DNA of 64,000 nt from an uncultured Trueperaceae bacterium (GTDB taxonomy: Bacteria > Deinococcota > Deinococci > Deinococcales > Trueperaceae): positions 64,001-128,000 of the forward strand of contig CAWFFU010000010.1 of assembly GCA_963815215.1 (NCBI GenBank), written 5' to 3'. This document shows, in pieces, positions 36,399-47,507 of the stretch. The translations under genes were made by a program, and so were the position numbers. The notes under the pieces were generated by a model. That model was given only the letters and a program-made list of their open reading frames with translations, had not been told where the DNA came from and made no database searches. The number at the start of each line of letters is the position of its first letter. The first letter of the stretch is position 1.

Positions 36399-37865
36399 CT
36401 AGCTGCGGGCGTGCCGCCGCAGCACCGACCGCGCCGCGTGGAAGCCGGCCATGCCGTGCGTGCCCCCGCCCGGCGGCGTGGCCGCTGAGCACAGGTACAG
36501 GCGGGGATCGGGGGTCGCGTAGGGGTCGGTGCGGAGGACCGGCCGCGCGAGCGCTTGGCGGAGGTCCAGCACTCCGCCGTTGATATCGCCCCCGACGTAG
36601 TTCGGGTTGTAGATCTCCAGGGCCGGCGCGGTGGTCGTCGCGCGGGCCAGGACGTGCGCCCGGAAGCCGGGCGCGAAGCGCTCGATCTGCGCCTCGATGC
36701 GATCGGTCATGTCGGCCGTCGAACCGTTGGGCACGTGGCAGTACGCCCACAGGGTGTGCTTGCCGGCAGGGGCGCGGGTGGTGTCGAAGAGGCTGGGTTG
36801 GGCCAGCAGCACGTAGGGACGTTCCGGCGCGCGGCCCAGGGCCACCGCGCTCTCCGAGGCGGCGATCTCCTCCAGCGTTCCGCCCAGGTGCACGGTCCCG
36901 GCCCGGTCGCAGGCCTCGGCCTGCCATGGCACGGGCCCGTCCAGGGCGTAGTCGACCTTGAACACGCCGGGTCCGTAGCGGTAGTTCCGCAGTCGGCGCC
37001 GGTAGGCCTCGGGCAGCCGGTCGCCGGCCACCCGCAGCACCTCCTTGGGCGTGAGGTCGAGGAGCACCACCCGGCTCGTCGGCACGTCCGCCAGGTCGTC
37101 GACGCGCTGCCCGGTGAGGATCTCGCCGCCGTGAGTCAGGATCTCGGCTGCGAGCGCATCGGCGATGGCCTGCGAGCCGCCTCGCGCCACCGGCCAGCCG
37201 ACCGCGTGAGCTGCCGCCGCGAGCACCGTGGCGGCGGCGCTGCTCAACGGCGCCTCCAGCGGCAGCATGCCGTGTGCTGCGAGGCCCGCCCAGAGCGCGC
37301 GGGCGGGCTCGTCGGCGAAGCTGCGACGCGCCAGCCAGCGCGCCGCAGGGAGCGCGCGCAGGCCGAAGCGGGCGTAGCCGAGCGGGTCCCCCGGCCAGTG
37401 CAGCGGGGGCGCCAGTACGTCGTGGATCAGCCTGTTCCAGCTCTGCGCCAGCGGCATGACCAGCGCTCGGTAGGCCGCGCCGTCGCGGCCGAGCGCCGAG
37501 CAGGTGGCGGCCAGATCGAGCTCGAGTACCGCAGCGCGGCCGCCGTCGAGCGGGTGCGCGACGGGCAGGGGCGGCTGGATCCAGGCCAGCCCGTGACGCT
37601 CGAGCGCCAGCGAACGCAGGGCCGGAGAGCCTACGGCGAGCGGGTGGACCGCGGAGCACACGTCGTGCGCGAAGCCGGGCAGGGTCAGCGCGGCGGTGCG
37701 CGCACCGCCGCCGATCCGTTCGTGGGCTTCGAGCACCAGCACGCGCCATCCCTCGCGCGCCAACAACGCCGCGGCGGTGAGGCCGTTGGGGCCCGACCCC
37801 ACCACCACGGCGTCGAGGTGCGGCTCCCGGGCGCCGGCGTGGGCGCGGCGCGGGTCGCCGCTCAT
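36399..37865 (-). CDS. Phytoene dehydrogenase-like FAD-dependent oxidoreductase
   Basis: 'VVGSGPNGL', 'HDVCSAVHP', 'NPNYVGGDI', '[12 protein letters not shown]'. Confidence 0.9.
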   Translation of the reverse strand: MSGDPRRAHAGAREPHLDAVVVGSGPNGLTAAALLAREGWRVLVLEAHERIGGGARTAALTLPGFAHDVCSAVHPLAVGSPALRSLALERHGLAWIQPPLPVAHPLDGGRAAVLELDLAATCSALGRDGAAYRALVMPLAQSWNRLIHDVLAPPLHWPGDPLGYARFGLRALPAARWLARRSFADEPARALWAGLAAHGMLPLEAPLSSAAATVLAAAAHAVGWPVARGGSQAIADALAAEILTHGGEILTGQRVDDLADVPTSRVVLLDLTPKEVLRVAGDRLPEAYRRRLRNYRYGPGVFKVDYALDGPVPWQAEACDRAGTVHLGGTLEEIAASESAVALGRAPERPYVLLAQPSLFDTTRAPAGKHTLWAYCHVPNGSTADMTDRIEAQIERFAPGFRAHVLARATTTAPALEIYNPNYVGGDINGGVLDLRQALARPVLRTDPYATPDPRLYLCSAATPPGGGTHGMAGFHAARSVLRRHARS

Positions 37866-38680
37866 GGGTCCCCGGTCGCCTCCCACGTCAACGTCTCCCC
37901 GTCTCGCCGCACGCGCCACGCCCCGCCGATGTGGCTGAAGACCACGCGCGCCCGCTCACGGGCTGCACGTACCATCAACGCCGTCTTGCTGGCGCGCATG
38001 GTGGCGGCATCGACCCAGACCACGTTGTGCGCGGGCTCGTCGAACTCGAAGGCGTGATGGTAGAGGTCGCCGGCCACGTACACGACGTCGCCATCGAGCT
38101 CGGCGCGGGCCAGCATGTGGCCGGGCGACTCGCCGGGTGCCGGTACCAGGCTCAGGCCGTCGCCCAGTTGCACGTCGCCGGGCTCGGCGTCGTTCTCGAC
38201 CAGCGTCAGCAGGCCGGCGCGCTCGACCACCAGCAGGTCCTCGCGCCCCATCGACGCGAACGCGTCGGGGTCCCACTCGGAGCGGCCGAGGTAGTGCCGG
38301 GCGTGCGGGAAGGTGGGCGAGTGTTGCGCGCCTGATTCCTGCGCGCCTGATCCCTGCGCCAGCGCGCCCAGGTGGTCGAAGTGGGCGTGGGTGATGACGA
38401 CGTCGCTGACGTCGGCGGCATCGATGCCGGCGGAGCGGAGCTGGTCCAGGAGGGGAGGAGGTGGCCGGAAGCCGGGCAGCCGGTAAGCCTCGGGCGTCGT
38501 GTCCGCCTGGTAGCTCGGTGCGTCGACCAGCACCGAGCGCCCGGGCAGGGCGAGGTGGTAGGCGAGGACCGGTATGTCGACCGCCCGGGCGGCGGGATGG
38601 TGGTCCGGCAGGTCGTAGTCCTGCCCAAGGTCGAAGCGGAGCCGGGCGATCTCGAGTGGCGTGACGCGCACCTGCTGCAT
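37862..38680 (-). CDS. Metallo-beta-lactamase fold hydrolase
   Basis: THAHFDH, 'AGDL', terminal 'SH'; RBS AGGAGG before ATG 38680. Confidence 0.85.
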   Translation of the reverse strand: MQQVRVTPLEIARLRFDLGQDYDLPDHHPAARAVDIPVLAYHLALPGRSVLVDAPSYQADTTPEAYRLPGFRPPPPLLDQLRSAGIDAADVSDVVITHAHFDHLGALAQGSGAQESGAQHSPTFPHARHYLGRSEWDPDAFASMGREDLLVVERAGLLTLVENDAEPGDVQLGDGLSLVPAPGESPGHMLARAELDGDVVYVAGDLYHHAFEFDEPAHNVVWVDAATMRASKTALMVRAARERARVVFSHIGGAWRVRRDGETLTWEATGDP

Positions 38681-38814
38681 GACGGCCTCCTGGGACCGCA
38701 TGATACGCAGCGGACGCGGGCGAGCCGGCCCTTGGCGGCGGCGGTGCGCTCCTACGAGCCCGCGTCGCGCGACTCCTGCTTGGCTGCCGTCGAGCGTCGC
38801 GGGCGCTGTGCGGA

Positions 38815-39801
<987 letters not shown>

Positions 39802-40049
39802 GCTGCCTCCTTCGTCGGACGTTGCGGTGCGCTGCTACGTTCGAGGGATCCGTTCGGTGGGGAGGGAGCGCGTCCCCTCCCTGGCTCTCCATCTTCGTCG
39901 CGGATCGGCGGCGCTCATGTTCTGCCGGCCACGGAGGTCGACAGGGGCGCCGCCGCGCTACTCTCGCGTCGCCCACGGGGTGCGAGACTGCCCTCCATGC
40001 CGCCGTCGGGGATGCGGGCCCGGCGGCGAAGCCGGAGAGGAGTCCCGCC

Positions 40050-41207
40050 GTGCCGCTGCGCGCAGGTTCGCCGCTCACCCTGGTGCTCGCCCTGTTCACC
40101 GGCATCTCGGTGGCCAACCTCTACTACACCCAACCCCTGCTCGACACGCTCGGTCGCAGCTTCGGCCTCGCGGGCGGGAGCGCCGGCCTGATCGTCACCG
40201 TGACCCAGCTCGGCTACGCGGCGGGGCTGGTGCTGGTGGTGCCGCTGGGCGATCTGGTGGACCGGCGCCGCTTGGTCTCGGGCGTGTCGGTGCTCACGTC
40301 TCTGGCGCTGCTGGGCGCGGCGCTGGCGCCGAGCTTCGGGCTGTTCCAGCTCGCCGGCGCGGCTATCGGCCTCACCGCCGTGGTGGCCCAGGTGCTGATC
40401 CCGTTCGCCGCGCACCTGGCCGCCGACGCCGACCGCGGGCGGGTGCTGGGCCGGGTCATGACCGGGCTGCTGCTCGGGGTGCTGCTGGCGCGGGTCGCGG
40501 CGGGCTTCGTGGCCGACGCGCTGGGGTGGCGCGCGCTCTTCGAGATCGCGGCCGGGCTGATGCTGGCGCAGGCGGTCGCCCTGTGGCTGCTGCTACCTCC
40601 GGGTCGAGGCGAGGCGCGCCTGGCCTATCCGGCGCTGCTGCGCTCGGTGGGACGGTTGGTGCGCGAGGAGCCGCTGCTGCGCCGGCGCGCGCTCTACGGC
40701 ATGAGCGTGTTCGGTGCCTTCAGTGTGCTGTGGACGGGACTGCCGTTCCTGCTGGCGCGGCCCCCCTACGGCTATGGCGATGGCGTCATCGGGCTGTTCG
40801 GCTTGCTGGGCGTAGCCGGCGCGCTCTCCGCCTCGTTCGCCGGGCACCTGCACGACCGCGGCCGCAGCCGTGCCGGGACCGGCGCCTTCCTGGCCCTCAC
40901 GGTGGGCGCCTTCGTGCTGATGGGGGCGCTGCCCCACGCGTTGCCGGCACTGGTGGCGGGCGTCGTGCTGCTCGATCTCGGGGTCCAGGGCACGCAGGTC
41001 CTAAACCAGAGCACCATCTACCAGCTCAGACCCGAGGCGCGCAGCCGCCTCACCACCGCCTACATGACGACGTTCTTCCTGGGGGGCGCGCTGGGCTCGG
41101 CCGCCTCCGCGCTGGCCTTCTCGCGCTTCGGCTGGACCGGTGTGGCGGCGGCCGGTGTTGCCTTCGGCGCCGTCGGACTGGGCGTGTGGCTGACCCGGAA
41201 ACGCTGA
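40050..41207 (+). CDS. MFS transporter
   Basis: 'VANLYYTQPLL', 'VPLGDLVDRR', about 12 TM; GTG start after GAGGAG. Confidence 0.9.
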   Translation: MPLRAGSPLTLVLALFTGISVANLYYTQPLLDTLGRSFGLAGGSAGLIVTVTQLGYAAGLVLVVPLGDLVDRRRLVSGVSVLTSLALLGAALAPSFGLFQLAGAAIGLTAVVAQVLIPFAAHLAADADRGRVLGRVMTGLLLGVLLARVAAGFVADALGWRALFEIAAGLMLAQAVALWLLLPPGRGEARLAYPALLRSVGRLVREEPLLRRRALYGMSVFGAFSVLWTGLPFLLARPPYGYGDGVIGLFGLLGVAGALSASFAGHLHDRGRSRAGTGAFLALTVGAFVLMGALPHALPALVAGVVLLDLGVQGTQVLNQSTIYQLRPEARSRLTTAYMTTFFLGGALGSAASALAFSRFGWTGVAAAGVAFGAVGLGVWLTRKR

Positions 41208-41225
41208 TCGCGCGCCGGCGCGACC

Positions 41226-42758
41226 TCAGCGCAGCTCGGCGGGCAGCAACGCCTTCGGGAAGTTCTGGTACGCCACCAGCCGCGTGAACCGCTCGATGGC
41301 ACGCGCGCCGACCGAGGTGGTGCGGCCGTCGGAGGTCGCCGGGTAGGGGCCGCCGTGGACCATCGCGCGGCACACCTCGACCCCGGTGGGGACCTGGTTC
41401 ACCAGCAGCCGGCCGGCCTTACGCTCGAGCGCCGCCACCAGCGGCCGATAGCGCTCCCACTCGTCGTCCTCGCCGTGCAGCGTGGCGGTGAGTTGCCCCT
41501 CCATGACGCCGGCGAACGCCAGCAGCTCGTCGTCGCTGCGGTAGCGGACCAGCACTGTGCTGGGCCCGAACACCTCCTGCGTGAGGCGGGGGTCGTCGAC
41601 GGCCGCGGACGCATCGGTCTCCCACACGGCCGCGCTGGCGGCCGTCAGGCCGGCGGCGCGGTGGCCCTCGGCCAGGCGCTGTGCGCCGGCGTCGACCAGC
41701 CGCTGCAGGCCCGCGCCGAACGCCCGGTGGATGCCGGCGGTCAGCATGGCGTGGGCCTCGGCCTTGCGGGCGCCCTCGACCAGCCGATCGCGCAGCGCGT
41801 CGCCCGCTTCGCCGGCCTCGAGCAGCACGATGCCGGGGTTGGTGCAGAACTGCCCCGCTCCCAGCGTGAACGACGCCAGCAGGGCGTCGGCGATGGGTCC
41901 GGGGCGGCGGCGCGTCGCCAGCGGCAGCACGAACACCGGGTTGACGCTGCTCATCTCCGCGTAGACCGGGATGGGATCGGGTCGCTCGCCGGCCAGCCGC
42001 ATCAGCGCCTGTCCGCCGGAGCGCGAGCCGGTGAACCCCACGGCGCGCACCAGCGCGTGGCGCACCAGCGCCTGTCCCACCTCGTAGCCGTCGTCGAACA
42101 GCAGCGAGAACACGCCGTCGGGCATGCCCTGCTCGCGCGCGGCGGCGCGCACGGCGCGACCCACCAGTTCGGACGTGCCGGGATGGGCTGGGTGCGCCTT
42201 GACGATCACGGGGCAGCCGGCGGCGAGGGCGGAGGCGGTGTCGCCGCCGGCCACCGAGAACGCCAGTGGGAAATTGCTGGCACCGAACACCGCCACCGGA
42301 CCGAGCGGGCGTCGCAGGGAGCGCACGTCGGGCTTGGGTGCGGGGTTCCGCTTGGGGTCTCCGGCGTCGATCCGGACGTCGAGCCAGTCGCCCTCGTCGA
42401 GCAGCGTCGCGAACAGCCGGAGCTGGTTGGCGGTCCGGCCCAGCTCGCCGGTCAAGCGTGCGTCGCCCAGCGCCGTCTCGCGATCAGCGCGCTCGATGAT
42501 GGGTTCGCCGCGGGCCTCCAGCTCGGCCGCGATGGCGCGCAGGAAGTCGGCGCGTTCCGCCGGTGGGGTGGCGGCGTAGGCCGGAAACGCGTGCTCGGCG
42601 GCGGAGGCGGCGCGGTCCAGATCGGCCGGGCGGGTGGGATGGAAGGCGGGCTCGAGCCGTTCGCCGGTGCGGGCGTCGGTGGCGTGGAAGGTGCGCTCCC
42701 CGGGCTCGGCGCTCGCCAGGCCGATCAGAGAGAGCCCCTTCAGCGTCCCCGGCATCAC
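41226..42758 (-). CDS. NADP-dependent alpha-ketoglutaric semialdehyde dehydrogenase
   Basis: 'FGASNFPLAFSVAGGD', 'KAHPAHP', 'FTGS', 'AEMSSVNP', 'GQFCTNPG', 'HGGPYPAT'. Confidence 0.9.
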   Translation of the reverse strand: MMPGTLKGLSLIGLASAEPGERTFHATDARTGERLEPAFHPTRPADLDRAASAAEHAFPAYAATPPAERADFLRAIAAELEARGEPIIERADRETALGDARLTGELGRTANQLRLFATLLDEGDWLDVRIDAGDPKRNPAPKPDVRSLRRPLGPVAVFGASNFPLAFSVAGGDTASALAAGCPVIVKAHPAHPGTSELVGRAVRAAAREQGMPDGVFSLLFDDGYEVGQALVRHALVRAVGFTGSRSGGQALMRLAGERPDPIPVYAEMSSVNPVFVLPLATRRRPGPIADALLASFTLGAGQFCTNPGIVLLEAGEAGDALRDRLVEGARKAEAHAMLTAGIHRAFGAGLQRLVDAGAQRLAEGHRAAGLTAASAAVWETDASAAVDDPRLTQEVFGPSTVLVRYRSDDELLAFAGVMEGQLTATLHGEDDEWERYRPLVAALERKAGRLLVNQVPTGVEVCRAMVHGGPYPATSDGRTTSVGARAIERFTRLVAYQNFPKALLPAELR

Positions 42759-43708
42759 GCCGCGCCCGTCGGGGTGGGGCGTGTGGCGAGCGCGATGGCG
42801 ATGACCCGTTCGGCTTCGGCGCGCTCATCGCCGGCCAGCTCCAGCCGTGGCGGCCGCACGCGTGCGTTGCCGTGCCCGACGCGCTCCTGCACTAGTTTGA
42901 TGAGCTGCACGAACTTCGGCACCGTGTCGAGCCTCAGCAGCGGCAGGAACCAGCGGTAGAGCGCGAACGCCTCCTCGGTCCGCCCTTGGCGCGCCAGCTC
43001 GAACAACGCCACGGACTCCGCCGGGAAGGCGTTGACCAGCCCCGCGACCCAGCCCACGGCGCCGGCCGCGATCCCCTCGACGATGGCGTCGTCGACGCCC
43101 ACCAGGATCTCGAGGCGCTCGCCGGTCAGCGCGCGCAGGGCGGTGACGCGGCGCACGTCGGTGCTGGACTCCTTGACGGCGACCAGGTTGGGGTGTTCGG
43201 ACGCGAGCTCGGCCACCTGCTCCGGCGTGAAGTCGGTGGTGTAGGCCACCGGGTTGTTGTAGAGCATGCAGGGGAGCGAGGTCGCCTCCAGCACGGCGGC
43301 GACGTGGGCCTTCATCTCGCGCCAATCGGTGCTGTAGACGTAGGGGGGCAGCACCATCAGGCCGCGGGCGCCGACCGCCTCGACGGCCCGCGCGAAGCGC
43401 ACCGCCTCGGCGGTGGCGAGCGCGGCCACGCCGGGGATGACGGGGGCGCGTCCGTCGAGCGCGCCCACCAGCGTACGTACCACCGCGACCTTCTCGTCGA
43501 AGGCGAGGGTGGCGGCTTCCCCGAGCGAGCCGCCCGGGACCACGCCGACGCAGCCCTGGTCGACCATCCAGCGGGCGTGCTCGGCGAGGAAGGCGTGATC
43601 GACCTGGAGGTCGGCGTCGAAGGGGGTGGTGATGGCGGGGAGGACGCCGCGCCAATCGACGCCGGTGCTCGAGGGCGAGGATGGCGTCTTGAGGGGGCTC
43701 GCTGCCAT
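42755..43708 (-). CDS. DapA-family protein, likely delta1-pyrroline-4-hydroxy-2-carboxylate deaminase
   Basis: 'GSLGE', 'YNNP', Schiff-base 'VKESS', '[13 protein letters not shown]'; hydroxyproline gene context. Confidence 0.85.
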   Translation of the reverse strand: MAASPLKTPSSPSSTGVDWRGVLPAITTPFDADLQVDHAFLAEHARWMVDQGCVGVVPGGSLGEAATLAFDEKVAVVRTLVGALDGRAPVIPGVAALATAEAVRFARAVEAVGARGLMVLPPYVYSTDWREMKAHVAAVLEATSLPCMLYNNPVAYTTDFTPEQVAELASEHPNLVAVKESSTDVRRVTALRALTGERLEILVGVDDAIVEGIAAGAVGWVAGLVNAFPAESVALFELARQGRTEEAFALYRWFLPLLRLDTVPKFVQLIKLVQERVGHGNARVRPPRLELAGDERAEAERVIAIALATRPTPTGAA

Positions 43709-43928
43709 GCGCGATCTCCTTTCGCGGCGGAGGAGGGGACCTCTGCCTGGGGGACGGGCGTTGTCCCGGTCCCGCAGGTGCGTACGGAGCGGGTCGGGGG
43801 CGGTCTGTCACCGTGTAGACTATGGCCCACGTCCGTCATGCATCAAGGCCGCGCACCCGGAACGTGCGCCGCGAGCGTGCATCGCAGCGGGGGCACCCGG
43901 CCGCGCCGGGGGTGCGGAGGAGTTCACT

Positions 43929-44879
43929 GTGGACGTCCAACGCGTGCACGTCATCGACTCCCACACGGCGGGCGAGCCCACCCGGGTGGTGATCGCCGGC
44001 GGCCCCGAGCTGGGGAGCGGCTCCATGGCCGAGCGCTTGGAGCGCCTGCGAAGAGATCACGACGCCTTCCGCTCGGCGGTCGTCAACGAGCCCCGCGGTT
44101 CGGACGTGCTGGTCGGCGCCCTGCTTCAGGAGCCGGTCGACCCCTCCGCGGCGGCGGGCGTGCTGTTCTTCAACAACGTGGGGATGCTGGGGATGTGCGG
44201 CCACGGCACCATCGGGCTGGTCGTCACGTTGCGCCACCTGGGGCGCATCGGCCCTGGCCGGCACCGCATCGAGACGCCGGTGGGGCCGGTCGAGGCGGAG
44301 CTGCATGACGACGGCAGGGTGAGCGTGCGCAACGTGCCCGCCTATCGCTACCGGAAGGCGGTGCCCGTGGAGGTGCCCGGGTACGGGCGGGTCCGCGGCG
44401 ACGTGGCGTGGGGCGGGAACTGGTTCTTCCTGACCGAGGACCACGGCCAGGCCGTCGAGGCCGGGCGCATCGACGAGTTGACGGAGTTCGCCTGGGCCGT
44501 GAGGCGCGCGCTGGCTGCGTCCGGCGTCGGCGGCGAGGGCGGCGCTGAGATCGATCACGTCGAGCTGTTCGCGCGCGCGGCGGACGTGGCGGACGACGCC
44601 GACGGCCGCAGCTTCGTGCTGTGCCCGGGCGGCGCCTACGACCGCTCGCCGTGCGGTACCGGCACCAGCGCCAAGCTCGCCTGCCTGCAGGCCGACGGCC
44701 GCCTGCGGCCGGGGGAGACCTGGCGGCAACAGAGCGTCATCGGCAGCCGCTTCGAGGCACGCTACGACCTCGACGCCGACGACCGGGTGATCCCAACGGT
44801 CACCGGCGAGGCGTTCGTGACGGCCGAGACCACCCTGCTGTTCGACGCGCGCGACCCGTTCCGCGAAGGCATCCGATGA
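43929..44879 (+). CDS. 4-hydroxyproline 2-epimerase (proline racemase family)
   Basis: 'IDSHTAGEP', '[11 protein letters not shown]', catalytic Cys pair MCGH and [16 protein letters not shown]. Confidence 0.9.
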   Translation: MDVQRVHVIDSHTAGEPTRVVIAGGPELGSGSMAERLERLRRDHDAFRSAVVNEPRGSDVLVGALLQEPVDPSAAAGVLFFNNVGMLGMCGHGTIGLVVTLRHLGRIGPGRHRIETPVGPVEAELHDDGRVSVRNVPAYRYRKAVPVEVPGYGRVRGDVAWGGNWFFLTEDHGQAVEAGRIDELTEFAWAVRRALAASGVGGEGGAEIDHVELFARAADVADDADGRSFVLCPGGAYDRSPCGTGTSAKLACLQADGRLRPGETWRQQSVIGSRFEARYDLDADDRVIPTVTGEAFVTAETTLLFDARDPFREGIR

Positions 44880-46192
44880 GCCGGCGCGTCGTCGTCGTGG
44901 GCGCGGGCGTGGTCGGCCTGTTCAGCGCGCTGCACGCGCGTCGCGCCGGCTTCGAGGTGACGGTCGTCGACCGCGAGGGACCCGAGCGCGACACTACCTC
45001 CTACGGCAATGCCGGTCTGGTGGTACCCAGCCACGTGGTGCCGCTCGCCGCGCCGGGAGCGGTGGCGCAGGGGCTGAAGTGGATGTTCGACCCGGAGAGC
45101 CCCTTCTACGTGCGGCCCGCGCTCGACCCCGCGCTGCTCGCCTGGGGTTGGCGCTTCTGGCGCGCCTCGACGCCCGAGCGGGCACGCCGGGCGGGTCCGC
45201 TGTTGCGGGACCTGCATCGCGCCGGCAAGGAGGGCTATCGGGAGCTGGCCGACCGCCTCGGCGACCCCTTCGACCTGAAGGAGACGGGCGTGCTGGGGAT
45301 GACCGTGACGGAGGAGGGGCTGGAGGACGAGGCGCGGGTCGTGGCCCGGGCCATCACGCTGGGGATGGCCGCCCGCGTACTGAGCAAGGGTGAGGTCGAG
45401 GCGCTCCAACCGGGCGTACAGCTCGACGTCGTCGGCGGTGTCTACTTCCCCGAGGACGCCCGGCTCGACCCGGGCAAGTTGATGCGCGCGTTGCAGGCGC
45501 ATCTGGTCGAGCTCGGGGTGAGCTTCCGCTGGCGTGCGCCGGTCGATGGGCTGGCGGTCGAGGGCGACCGCGTGACCGGGGTACGGGTGACCGAGGCCGT
45601 CGACGATGGGGCGCCTGAGGCGGCCCCGGATGCGCTCCCGGGCCCGACCTGCCGGAGGACGACGATCGAGGCGGACGAGGTGGTGCTCGCCGCCGGGGTG
45701 TGGTCCGACGGGCTCGCCCGTGACGTGGGCCTGCGCCTGCCGTTGCGCGCCGGCAAGGGCTACAGCGTCACCCTCACCGATCCGCCGGAGCGTCCGTCCA
45801 CGCCTGCCCTCCTGTCGGAGGGGCGCGTCGCGATCACGCCGCTCGAGGGCGGCGTCCGCTTCGGCGGCACCATGGAGATCACGGGCGTGCGCGAAGGGGT
45901 CAGCGCGAGCCGCATGCGCGGCATCGTGAAGTCCGTGCTGCGCGCGTTCCCCGCATTCACGGCCGAGGCCTTCGCCGGCGCTCCGGTGTGGTACGGCTTC
46001 CGGCCGTGCAGCCCGGACGGGCTCCCCTACCTGGGGAGGGGGGGCCGCCTGTCCAACCTGATCGTCGCCACCGGACACGCCATGATGGGGGTGTCGCTGG
46101 CTCCCGTGACGGGCCGGCTGGTGGGCGAGCTGTTGGAGGGGAAGCGACCGAGCCTGCCCCTCGAAGCGCTCAGCCCCGACCGATACGCCTGA
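44876..46192 (+). CDS. FAD-dependent D-amino acid (D-hydroxyproline) dehydrogenase, DadA-like
   Basis: GAGVVG, 'SYGNAG', 'GKGYS', '[11 protein letters not shown]', 'GHAMMG'; ATGA overlap with epimerase. Confidence 0.88.
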   Translation: MSRRVVVVGAGVVGLFSALHARRAGFEVTVVDREGPERDTTSYGNAGLVVPSHVVPLAAPGAVAQGLKWMFDPESPFYVRPALDPALLAWGWRFWRASTPERARRAGPLLRDLHRAGKEGYRELADRLGDPFDLKETGVLGMTVTEEGLEDEARVVARAITLGMAARVLSKGEVEALQPGVQLDVVGGVYFPEDARLDPGKLMRALQAHLVELGVSFRWRAPVDGLAVEGDRVTGVRVTEAVDDGAPEAAPDALPGPTCRRTTIEADEVVLAAGVWSDGLARDVGLRLPLRAGKGYSVTLTDPPERPSTPALLSEGRVAITPLEGGVRFGGTMEITGVREGVSASRMRGIVKSVLRAFPAFTAEAFAGAPVWYGFRPCSPDGLPYLGRGGRLSNLIVATGHAMMGVSLAPVTGRLVGELLEGKRPSLPLEALSPDRYA

Positions 46193-46262
46193 AGGAGATC
46201 GCCGCGCCGAGCTGCGTGGCATCCGGTCGGGAGGTCCGACCGCGATCGGAAGGGAGAGACAC

Positions 46263-47252
46263 GTGAGCAAGGTTCGTTGGGGTGTTCTCGGCACGGCCAA
46301 CATCGGCATCGGCAAGGTGATCCCCGCCCTGCAGAAGAGTGGGCTGTTGGAGGTGAGCGCCATCGCGTCACGGGACCTCGGCAAGGCTCGGGCGGCGGCG
46401 GACCGGCTGCGCATCCCGAACGCCTACGGCAGCTACGAGGAGCTGCTGGCCTCGCCGGAGGTCGATGTCGTCTACATCCCGCTCCCCAACCATCTCCACG
46501 TGCCCTGGTCGATCCGCGCGATCGAGGCCGGCAAGCACGTGCTGTGCGAGAAGCCGATCGGCTTGAGCGCCGCGGAAGGCGAGCGCTTGCTGGAAGCAGC
46601 GCGCAGCCACCCGGAGCTGAAGGTGATGGAGGCGTTCATGTATCGCTTCCACCCGCAGTGGCTCGAGCTCAAGCGCATCGTCGACGAGGGAGGCATCGGC
46701 GAGCTGCGCACCATCCAGTCGTTCTTCTCCTACTTCAAGCTCGACCCGGACAACATCCGGAACATGCCCGACATCGGCGGCGGCGGGCTCATGGACATCG
46801 GCTGCTACACCATCTCGTTGTCGCGCTTCGTGTTCGGCGCCGAGCCCCGGCGTGTCGTCTCGACCGTCGAGTTCGACCCGGACCTGGGCGTCGACCGGCT
46901 CTCGTCGGCGATCCTCGATTTCGGTCGCGGGACCTCGACCTTCACCTGCAGCACGCAGCTCGCGCCCTACCAGGCGGTGAGCGTCTTCGGCACCGAGGGC
47001 CGGATCGAGCTGGAGATCCCGTTCAATGCGCCGCAGGACGGGCCCACCCGTCTGCGGCACGAACGCCACGGCGAGACGGTCGAGCGGGTGTTCGACCGCG
47101 TCGACCAGTACACGCTGCAGGGCGACGCCCTGTCGCGCGCCATCCTCGACGATGCTCCCGTGCCGACCCCCCTGGAAGACGCGGTGGCGAACATGCGCGT
47201 CATCGAGGCGGTGTTCGGCAGCGGTCGGTCGGACGGGTGGGTGGCGCTCTGA
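46263..47252 (+). CDS. Gfo/Idh/MocA oxidoreductase
   Basis: 'WGVLGTANI', 'GKHVLCEKP', 'MEAFMYRFHPQ', 'GGGLMDIGCY'. Confidence 0.92.
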   Translation: MSKVRWGVLGTANIGIGKVIPALQKSGLLEVSAIASRDLGKARAAADRLRIPNAYGSYEELLASPEVDVVYIPLPNHLHVPWSIRAIEAGKHVLCEKPIGLSAAEGERLLEAARSHPELKVMEAFMYRFHPQWLELKRIVDEGGIGELRTIQSFFSYFKLDPDNIRNMPDIGGGGLMDIGCYTISLSRFVFGAEPRRVVSTVEFDPDLGVDRLSSAILDFGRGTSTFTCSTQLAPYQAVSVFGTEGRIELEIPFNAPQDGPTRLRHERHGETVERVFDRVDQYTLQGDALSRAILDDAPVPTPLEDAVANMRVIEAVFGSGRSDGWVAL

Positions 47253-47507
47253 GGCGGCGCCGGTCCGTGCGTGCGCCGGGTCGCTGAGCATCGGAACGGA
47301 CCGGCGCGCGCGCGGCCCGTGGAGTCCCCGGCCCCGCACTGAATCGGTGTTAGCATCGACGACGGAAATGAAAGCGTGTGCGTCGGTCGTGCGGGGAAGG
47401 GCGTGGCAAGAGTGCCGCGCGGGCGTGCCTGCCGGGGCGATCGGCGCGTGCGCCGTGAGGGCGTTGGCGAGCGCGACGAGCTGAGCGTCCACGGGAAGAG
47501 GGACCGC

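Noticed and set aside
36399..37865. Carotenoid biosynthesis gene crtI
   Set aside because: Motifs fit the broader phytoene dehydrogenase-like family and no other crt genes are nearby.
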